NCBI RefSeq assembly: GCF_009914755.1 | Contig: NC_060930.1 | DNA: 64,000 nt | Direction: 5' to 3' (one strand) | From: the human T2T-CHM13v2.0 reference genome, Homo sapiens | Shown here: piece by piece, positions 53,791-64,000 of the stretch | How positions within the stretch are numbered: position 1 is the first letter of the stretch | How the letters are laid out: every line of letters starts with the position of its first letter | Position numbers and translations under genes: made by a program | The notes under the pieces: model-generated | The model's database searches: none | Told to the model about the DNA's origin: nothing | Seen by the model: the letters and a program-made list of their open reading frames with translations, nothing else

Positions 53791-53871
53791 CATAATGAAG
53801 CTTCACAATGAAGGGGTGATTCACTTCTGCCAAGATGTCTCTCTCCATCTTCGATCTCACTCGGTCCCGAA
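53791..53871 (-). CDS. RPS6KA2: RPS6KA2 coding exon (~exon 4), 81 nt: (V)[26 protein letters not shown], alphaC helix of the N-terminal kinase domain
   Basis: Minus strand reads tttgcag|TTCGGGACCGA...CATTATG|gtaag. The translation matches the RSK3 sequence I recall, and the exon is phase 1-1. Confidence 0.97.
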
Positions 53872-53959
53872 CTGCAAAGTAAAAAGATAAAGGCTTTCAT
53901 GAGGCAGGAAATAAGAGTTCTGAGGAACACTGAACATGAAATACTAGATATAATTCCCG

Positions 53960-54058
53960 CCAACTTTTCATTAAAAAATTTCAAACATATACAAAACTTG
54001 AAAAAGTTGTACAATAATCCTAGATTTAACAACTGCTTACGTTTTAATACATTTGCTT

Positions 54059-54115
<57 letters not shown>

Positions 54116-54980
54116 TCTCTAGCTCTCCAAAAAATTGTAGGCAGCACGACATGTTACTCTGAGGTGCATGTGCAGGTGTCTCCTAAGAATAAAGACAGTC
54201 TCTTAGCATAACTTTAACACCTACTGTGCCACATAGGAAAGCCAACAATCACTCCATGAAACATCTAACATCCAATCTATATTCAGTCCTCCCCTCCACG
54301 TCGTTTTCCCGACCTAGGATCCAGTTCAATTATATTGGTTGTTAAATGTCTTTGTTTTGCTCCTAGAAGACAATGGTCCCATACCTATTTCCCTCGCCCT
54401 GTATTTTTTCGTGGACTTTTTGGGAAGTCCAGGTCAGTTTTCGTCTGTAGAATGTTCCACATTCTGGGTTCGTCTGATGGTTGCTCATTTGCTTTCTAAA
54501 ACTCTTGTATTTCTTGTAAACTGGAGGCGTGATAAGATTGGGGCTAAATGATTTTGGTCACCAGGTGATGCCTGTACTTTAGCCTGCCTCAGATCAGGGG
54601 GTGCCTGCTGGGCTCACCCTCTCTGTGTGATGCTAAACGTGATGTGTGGTTGAGGTGGCAGGTCACCATCTCTCCATGGAAAAGGTCTTCATGTCCCTTT
54701 GTAACAAGAACCTGTGGGCTGATATCTGGCATAGAGTGACCTGCGGGTTCCCTAACAATCCTTCATCCAATGGTGTGAGCATACATACGTGATCCCTGCC
54801 TGAATCATTCAGGGCTAAAGAACAGCCATGGTCACATTTCTGATGGAACTGGAAATCAAGAGGAAGATTCCTTCTCTCCCTCTCCATGAAGATAACCATG
54901 GACCATGTACTTTCTGTTGAATTTAGTGTGTTACAACAGCTACATATTCTTCTTAGTGCTCACACTATCTCAAGTGTGGC
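53960..54980 (-). mobile_element. Old L1M remnant containing (TA)n at 54069-54112
   Basis: aaaaatttcaaacatatacaaaa.ttgaaa...gtagaatgttccacattctgg resembles an antisense L1MC/ME 3' region. Confidence 0.55.
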
Positions 54981-55274
54981 CATCTGGGAATACAGATGTA
55001 ATTAGTTTTGATGCAGAAACAAATGAACAAACAAAGAGCACCACTTGAGTAAAAACAGCTTTAGCATTCCCCTGGGCAAGCTGCTACACCCAGGGCAGTA
55101 TCCGGGACCTCACACAGCCCCATGAGCGATGGGAGAAAATTTCTTCAAACATTGCTATTGGGACAAATATGATCAGTATTGTATCATGGGCCAGGTATTT
55201 AAATTTATCCATATTTAGGACTTGTGATACATACTGCTAAAGTTTTATTTAAGAAATTCTTCACCAAGAATGCT

Positions 55275-55985
55275 GCAATAATAAAAAGAAAATAGAAAAT
55301 TACAAACTGGGAGGATGTGGAGAACTTGGAACCATCATGCATTGCTGATGACAGTGTAAAATGGTGCAGTCACTGAGGAAAATAGCTTGGTAGTTCCTTA
55401 CAAAGAAGTAGAATTACCATGCAGCCCAGCAACTCTGCTCACAGGATACACATCCAAAAAAACTGAAAGTATGGATTTGAACGGGTTCATCCACCCATGT
55501 TCATGGCAGCATTATTTACAACAGAAAAGGAGGAAGCAACCCAAGTGTCCATCAACAGATGGATGAACAAAATGTGATGCTGTAGTAAATACACACACAC
55601 ATACACAAACACACACACACACACAATGGGATATTATTCAGCTCTAAAAAAGAGTAAAATTCTAACACACAGTATGAATGAAACCTCAGGACATTATGCT
55701 AAGTGAAATAAGCCAGACACAAGAGGACAACTATTGTAGGATCCCACTTATAAGAGTTGCCCAGAGTAGCCAGAATCAGAGAGACAGAAAGCAGGATCGT
55801 GGTGAACAGGAGCTGGAAGGGGGAGAATGGGAAGTCATTGTTTCCACCTGGGATGATACAAAGATTTTGGGTATAACATTGGTGAGGACAACATTGTGAA
55901 TGTATTGATGTCACTGAACTGTTCACTTACAAATGGTTAAAATGATCAATATTATGTTATATATGTCTTACCACAGTTAAAAAGA
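55275..55985 (+). mobile_element. L1MA/MB 3' fragment with internal (CA)n at 55591-55625
   Basis: gaggatgtggagaa...gtaaaatggtgcag...cccaagtgtccatcaacagat...ggacattatgctaagtgaaataagccag...aaatggttaaaat. Confidence 0.85.
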
Positions 55986-56488
55986 GAAAGTCCTTCCTCA
56001 TTCCTGGGTCCCTGAGTTTCACTGTCTCAACTCCTGGTTTTAATACTCACACCTAGGATTCAGGCTGTCTGAAGTCCACCTTTGTCTTTGGTGTTGGGAC
56101 AGTTTTGCTTTCCCGTTTGGTCTGTAATACTGTCTCCGGGGGCCCAGGTGGTGACCGTGGTGTATGGCCCTGCAACCCAGCTCACTGTCAGTGTCACTGT
56201 GCCCTACTCTTGGCTTTGGTTTCCTCATATACAAACCGGATGAGATGGCTCCCCCTCCTGGGGCTGCCTAAGAAACCTGTGCAGTGATGTGTGTGCCACA
56301 ACAACACGGGGCCCGCCCACACTGTGCCGCTTCAGGTGTCATTGCAGTGACACCTTTATTATATGCTCAGATCCCCTTTTTTTCTTTTTCTTTTTTTCTG
56401 ATCTCTCCTTGCTGTTCCACTGCTCTGCCCATCCCTCTTCTAACCCCAGACCCTTGTCATCACCGTGGTCCTGTGACATTCCTTACAG

Positions 56489-56702
56489 CAGGGGTGTCCA
56501 ATCTTTTGACTTCCTGGGCCACACCGGAAAAACTGTCTTGAGCCACACATAAAATACACTAACACTAGCTATATCTGATGAGCTTCAAAACATCACAAAA
56601 AATCTCATAATCGTTTAAGAAAGTTTACGAATTTGGGTTGGGCTGCATTAAAAGCTATCCTGGGCCCCATGTAGCCCACAAGCTGTGGGTTGGACAAGCT
56701 TG
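56489..56702. mobile_element. MER30 hAT-Charlie MITE
   Basis: caggggtgtccaatcttttg...ttggacaagcttg, with an 8-bp TSD ccttacag / ccttagag. Confidence 0.88.
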
Positions 56703-59218
56703 CCTTAGAGTCTAGACAGGCATCGAGTAGGCACCCAGCAGGCAGTGCTGTGGGCAGAGCTGGGGGATACTAGTGTCTCCCCTAAACCTCAGCACCTCCT
56801 TCCCCAGTGGTCCTCGCAGTTCCTAATCCCTTGAGACCAAAACACCAAGGTGGAGGGTGCGGGAGCGACTGCTTATCACTTCTGCCCAAGGGGACACAGG
56901 AGGTCCTTCTTCTGCCTCAACTAACGGAATCAGGATTTTATTGCTTAAAAGACCTTGGGGAGCATGCATTTCAACCCCATGTTCTTACAGAAGAGGAAAC
57001 ATGCTCACTGCAGTAAAAAGTATTGCTTAAAGTTAGGTAGCTCCTGGTAGCCTGGAGGAAGGAGACCCCTGCCTGCCCCGCTCCACTGGGTGAAGGCCTG
57101 GCGTACGTCCCAGCCAGCATGTGAGCACTGTCCTCACTGGACACAGGGGCAGCATGGACTGTGGCACAGAAGACAAACGCTGGGGAGGAAAAGGGGGAAG
57201 CAAGCAACCTGGGCTGAAGGAGATTTAATGAGAGGGGCCATGAATGGAAACCACTGTCCCAGTCGTTAAAGTGGAGCACTGTGTTCAGAAGCCAGGATAG
57301 CGCAGAACACTTTCAAAGAATACAATTTTGTACCCCTGGCTATGATTTTCTCTCTAGAGTAATGACCCCGGAGTTTAGAGATTCTTTTCTTCCTTTCTGA
57401 TTGTAGTCATTGTGTGCAAACATTTTCAGAAGGCTCTCCTGCAGAATTTAGTCTTGCACCCGCTCCTGTTTATCATTTGTGAGTTCATGTCTTAGTGATC
57501 TGGATTCTGCGTGCTGGTCAGAGTAGTTTTTCTTCTCTATGTAGGTGAACTGGAAAATAGGCCATAGGATCGCGGATTGTGGGGAGATGTGGGAGCAAAG
57601 GTAGGCTCGGTCTTCCTAGCCCTTTTGCAAATCAGACAGCTGAATGGTGAGGTCACAATTCTTGCCGCTTGGCCTCAAATTCCTTCCTCCCCCACCTCTT
57701 CTCCTGGCCCACTCCTTTCCCATCACTACTTCTCAGTCTTCTTTGTGCCAGGTGTTTGGAATGTGAAGAGGCAGGCTCTGCCCTCCAGGAAGTGAGAGCC
57801 CAGTGGGGAGATGCCCTGTGGTGATGGCAGCAAGGGGCCACCAGAGGGTGACCAGTCCCACCTCTTGTGTGCTGGGGGACCTGTGCATGCTGGGGGAACT
57901 GGAAACAGCCTGGGAGGTTTTCACAGAGGAGGGGCTAAGCCTTACAGGGGACCCGGGAGCCTCCAGGTGCTTGGGCAGGAGGATACAGGCCAAGGGATGG
58001 CCCTGTAGGGTGGCAGCTGGGGTACCCTCAGGGATGCCAGTGGGCTGGCGCACAGAGCTGCAGTGCCACACTGATGAGGCCTGCGGGCAGGGACATGGGG
58101 GCCTGGGGAGCCAAGAGACCATGGACAGGACTTTCACACAGCACATGTTTAGGGCCTCTAGATTTAAGAGGTCATGTGGAGGATGCAATAGCAACATGGC
58201 TGGAATGGACAACGTGGCTAGAATGGGGCAAAAGGATACTGCTATCCAGCCCTGCAGAGGGACAGATCTGGCCTGGAGGAGGGAGAACTGAGACCTCAGG
58301 ACCTCTCAGCTGCTGAGAATAAAAAGAAGGGAGCTGCATCATCCTAGCCCTCTGCCTGGGCGACTGGTGGAGAAATTAGCCAGGAGAGAAGTCAGGTGGT
58401 GGGCAGGGAGAGAAGAGGCCACCTGCATTCTCGGCCTGTTGAGTGCTGGGGACATGCAGGGCTCAGGAAAAGACTTGGTTTGGAGCTTTGCTGGAAATAC
58501 AGATGCGAACGCCCACCCCACAGCAGCAGCCAAGGGTGCCCAAGGACCACTGGAGGATATGTAGGATGAGAGTAGAACCATGGTGAGGACCTCGGTAGGG
58601 TTACTGTTGTTCTGGGGAAGGAGGGAGAGAGGATGCACCATGATGTGGTCCACAGTGGGAAGACCTGGAGGAGACAGACAGAGAAATCAGGAAATGTGAA
58701 AGAAGTGTTTGGTGGCAGCAGATGCTCAAGACAGTCCACCAGGTGGGGACTGCAGGAGGCCGCTGGTGGAGTTGCATGACTCATGGCCGATTCATCAGGG
58801 ACGATGTGATGAGGACATCGCTCATCCCCCGGGAGGGGCCCGCAGCTGGGTCTGTGATGTGGTGGGTGAGTGAAGTCAGCATCTCTGTAACCCCTTGGTG
58901 TGACTTTTAGAAGCTCTGATATACTTTCTTATTAAAACATTTTATCCATTCATTCTTGAAAAAATAGTTCCTGATGTAGATAAAAAGAAGAGAGCTTGTT
59001 TTATTAACCATGACTGCAGTTATGCACCAGAGAGGACACTCTGAAGGGCAAAATCTCATATCAGCATCGGCGTGACGTCATTAGGATGCTCTCAACACAA
59101 GCTGGAGATTGCCGAATGGAGCTCTTGTATCTACTACCCTGGCTCTGCAGCAGAGGAGAATGAATGTAGGGAGGAAAAGCAAAATGATTCACAGGGAAAA
59201 TGTTACAAAGAATGTCTC

Positions 59219-59693
59219 TGTGAAAGGAAAATAAATCCTGGGGCCCCCACATCACTAAGCTAAAGGGAAAAGTCAAGCTGGGAGCTGCTGAGGGCAAATC
59301 TGCCTCCCATTCTATTCAAAGTCACCCCTCTGCTCACTGAGATAAATGCAGATCTGATTGCCTCCTTTGGAGAGGCTAGTCAGAAACTCAGAAGAATGCG
59401 ACCATTTGTCTCTCATCTACCTATGACCCGGAAGCCCCTTCCCCGCTGAAGACTGGAAAGTCTTCCCACCTTTGCTTCGAGTTGTCCAACCTTTCCGGAC
59501 TGAACCAATGTTCATCATACATATGTTGATTGATGTCTTATGTCTCCCTAGAATGTACAAAACCAAACGGTCCCCTGACCACCTTGGGCACATGCTGTCA
59601 GGACCTCCTGAGGCTGTCACAGGTGCATGCCCTCAACCTTGGCATAAACTTTTTAAATTAACTGAGACCTGTCTGAGATTTTGGGGGTTCACA
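59219..59693 (+). mobile_element. MER4A-type ERV1 solo LTR
   Basis: TGTGAAAGGAAAATAAATC...GGGTTCACA termini, with a 4-bp TSD tctc on both sides. Confidence 0.88.
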
Positions 59694-60808
59694 TCTCCAT
59701 TGCCCACCTCTCCCCCGTTACAGCCTCCAATAGCTACAGCCAGTGTGAGCACCAAAGAGTTTCAGGGAGTTGATGAAAGCAAACCTGGAATCTATTCACT
59801 CAGCACAAAGACCCCAAAGGAAGAAAGGACACAGTGGAGTCAGAAAGATTTCTCTCAAAGTAAAAGCAAAGGCCTAGGCAGAAGACACAGGGCTCACGAA
59901 TGCAGGCAGGCTCTGCAGGAAGCCAGGGGTGGGGGAGGCAGGAGTGACTGCACACAGTGGGAGGGGTGGTGACACTGCCCCTTCTAGGATGATTAAACAA
60001 CAAGCCTCTCTCTCTCTGAGCTGCCTGCTGGCATCAAACAAAGTTAAACTCAACAAGGAAAACTTCTCTGTCACACATCACACAGCCAACGGGGCTGCCA
60101 TTGAGGACCCGTGGGCTCTGCCACGCCCTAGACTCAGAATGCTTCCACAAGGAGAAATCCTCATGAGATGCATGTGGCCAGGCTTCCTACACTGTGCCCT
60201 TTATCTCAGCAGAGCAGGCCCAGGCTCGGCAGGGCCCACGGGAGAGCAGGCCATCCGTCATTCCAATGTGCCTCCTCTTCTGGGTGAAGTCCCTGTTCCA
60301 TCTGCCAGGCCCTGCATGATCTGAAGCTGAGACCTGGTGAAGCAGCATGGCAGAGAAAAGGGGGGTTCCTACTCCATCTTGCCATCTCCTTGCAAAGCTT
60401 GATCTTTGACTCTGGGTAAGAGCATCTAAAAATCCTCCAAATAGGACTGATGTTATTGAATTCACATCCATTTGGAATGAAGAACATTGTTTAGCCACAT
60501 GTCTGACTTTATAGCATTGGTAAGGAAAACTTGGTAAGTCTGGTGAAAAATTAGAGAAAGATAGATGTCTTATATTCAAATTTTGAAGGGACTACCTAGT
60601 TACAGTAAAAAAAAAAATAGGTCTCCTCCCTATATCTTACACTAAAATAAATCCCAGATCTATTAAAGAATTACTTAAAAAACAAAACAAAACAAAACAA
60701 AAAAACACAAAGCTGGCCAGGCACAGTGGCTCATACCTGTAATCCCAACATTTTGGGAGGCTGAGGTGGGTGGATCACTTGAGCCGAAGAGTTGGAGACA
60801 AGCCTAAG

Positions 60809-61574
<766 letters not shown>

Positions 61575-63346
61575 CCTGAGCAACATGGTAAAACCCTGTC
61601 TCTACTAAAAATACAAAAAATTAGCCAGGAATGGTGGTGTGCACCTGCAGCCCTAGCTACTTGGGAGGCTGAGATGGGAGAATCTCTTGAGCCTGGGAAG
61701 TTGAGGCTGGGTGACAGGAGTAAAACACTGCCTCAAAAAAAAAAAAAAAAAAAAAAGCAATAACAAATTATAATAAAGTTGAACACTTATCTGGTGTCTG
61801 GAAGGGGAATCTTTTTTGTTTTTTAAATATAAACTATGGAAGAAATAACACAGTAAACATAGTTACAAAATATTTACAAATTGGCCATTCAAAAAGATTA
61901 TAAAATTAAAAGGCAAACAAAAAAATATGATTATCTTAAACAAGCAGAAAAAAGGTCAAAAGCCAAAATAAATACAATACCCAAATACTATCATTATGCT
62001 TATAATAATAAACAGAGAATCCAGCCATGACAGTGAATGCAACATATTCCAGATTAAACCCATCAGTGCAGGGAAGACGTTTTTATAAGAATGTTCTGTA
62101 TGGTTGACTCCCCAGGCACAATGTGGCCTAACACAAGTATATGTTGAGTTTAGGGTGGCAGAAAACAGGAAAAGGATGTGTTCATTCCAGGGCAGGGCTA
62201 TATTACTGCTGACAACACTGTGTAACTGACCATGCCTAGTTTCCATATATGAATGCAAGGACAAACTAAACAAGATGTCAAGGGACAAGGACAGTCATTA
62301 CACCAAGCAATGCCCTCAGCATATGAAATACTAGGACTGGAAATGGCTCTTCAAGAGGGACTAGGGAAGATGTTCAGGTCTGTGCAAATTCTAGCTTTGC
62401 TGGGCAGAGCTGCAATCCACTGACCTCACCATTGCCCACCCTAGGTGGTGTCAGTCATTCATGGCCCATATCCAGGGATGGAATGAGAGAGCTGCAACCA
62501 TGGATCTGCCAACTGACAGCCATGGAGTGATTCTTCCACTAAGAAACAGACAGTGAAAGCAAATGTTTCATTTTCTGATGCTGAGTACGTTCAAGCCGCC
62601 TCTTTGACAGCCAGGGAGTCCAAGGAGTTTTCATTTCTAAGATCTAGATGTATAAAAAAGAAAACCAAGTGAAGAGGTTTCTTCAGAAATGTCAGCAACA
62701 ATTTCCTGTTGGGTAGTTCTAGACTACTGGAGACTCTGGAGCCAGGCCATTTGGCCCAGGCTATAGCGTCTCTGTGATGTTTATTCTCTGGTACTTAACA
62801 GGTTAGTCTGGAGTTGACTGGGGATTGCTACTATAGATGTGAAAAGAATAAATGTTCTCGGCTATCTTGAGATTCGCTAATAAATGGTAGGCACTGGGGA
62901 TAAGTTAAAATTTCATTGTCCTTCAAATTAGCCCTCTATTTGTGGCCAACCTGCCGCGTTTCGGGTTTGGATGATGTAGTTTCCGTGGTTTACTTTGCTC
63001 TGTTCAGCAACCTGTGCCTACTGGTACCAGCTCTAACTGCCATGTGCTCTTCACCTGTCATGGCCCCAAGACAATCCCTGGGGCTGAGATGGTTGTGGAG
63101 GCACCAACAGGTTCACCCCACTGTGAAGGGCACACTGGTTTCCTTCCCAGGAAAACACGGGAGGAAGCACTTTGTGAGATTATCCTGGCAGGCATAGGAT
63201 ATATGATATGCAACTAGAGCTACTTTCTGGAACCCCTCTTCAAGGTGCCTCTTTTCAGGCAGCAATGCAGGCATTGCTTTGTGTTTCTGATTTTTAAATG
63301 ATCTCCACCAATAGACATTATATGTATATTACATTATGTAGCATAT

Positions 63347-64000
63347 TGTGGTGGTTAGTTTTACATGTCAACTTGACTGGGCTAAGAGATGCCCAGAGAG
63401 CTGGTGAACCATGATTTCTGGGTGTGTGTGTGAGGGCGTTTCTGGAAGATATCAACATTTGAATTGGTGGACTGAGTAAAGATCACCCTCCCCTATATGG
63501 GCAGGCACCATCCAGCCCACTGAGGGCCAGAATAGAACAAAAAAGCAGTGGGAGAGGAATCTGCTCCCTGTTGAACTGGGACATGCATGTTTTCCAGCCC
63601 TCGGACATCAGTGCCTGGTTCTTGGACTGAGACTTAAACCATTGCACTCCTCTCCCCACACCAAGTTCTCAGGACTTCGAATTCAGACTGAAACTTATAC
63701 CACCAGCTCTCCTGGTTCTCAGGACTTTGAATTTGGACTGGAACTTATACCACCAGCTCTCCTGGTTCTCGGGACTTCGAATTCAGACTGGAACTTATAC
63801 CACCAGCTCTCCTGGTTCTTGGGACTTTGAATTCGGACTGGAACTTATGCCACCAGCTCTCCTGGTTCTCAGGCCTTTGGATTTGAACTGAATGACACCC
63901 CAGCCTTCCTGGTTCTCCAGCTTGCAGACAGAAGCTCCTGGAGCTTCTCAGCCTTCATACCCATGTGAGCTGATTCCTGTAACAAATCTCCCTCTAAGAA
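63347..64000 (+). mobile_element. MLT2 (ERVL) LTR, running to the window edge
   Basis: tgtggtggttagttttacatgtcaacttgactgggctaag...ggactgagtaaagatcaccctc. Confidence 0.85.
63666..63916. repeat. 50-bp minisatellite (4 copies plus 1 degenerate) inside the MLT2 LTR
   Basis: ttctcaggacttcgaattcagactg.aacttataccaccagctctcctgg at 63666, 63716, 63766, 63816 and 63866. Confidence 0.93.

Noticed and set aside
62000-63340. Non-repetitive-looking stretch considered as a processed pseudogene or ERV internal region
   Set aside because: I could not find a recognisable protein frame, poly(A) tail with TSD, or primer-binding site, so it is left unassigned.

Overview
Human (primate) genomic DNA from the middle of RPS6KA2 (RSK3, p90 ribosomal S6 kinase A2; 6q27 by recall), transcribed on the minus strand. 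Nine consecutive GT-AG coding exons were resolved by hand: 81+80+107+38+143+71+89+65+103 = 777 nt, exons 4-12 in canonical-isoform numbering from memory. They splice in frame into most of the N-terminal AGC kinase domain and the start of the linker ([14 protein letters not shown]...YRDLKPEN...DFG...RAYSFCGT...APE...PEFTARTPT). Intron 4 carries the MIR1913 hairpin. The rest is intronic: Alus (including a young AluYb8), THE1/MLT1/MLT2/MER4A/MER9 LTRs, old L1/L2/MIR remnants, MER20/MER30/MER46 DNA transposons and many minisatellites. Almost all ORFs in the supplied track are non-coding noise. I found no convincing new biological system. The best leads are local: an AluY whose 7-nt deletion creates a strong in-frame splice acceptor, a strictly alternating 83/166-bp minisatellite, a minisatellite made from an LTR-end/TSD junction, a four-level nested insertion, and two unexplained dispersed direct repeats. 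Repeat subfamily names come from recalled consensus sequences, not from a search.
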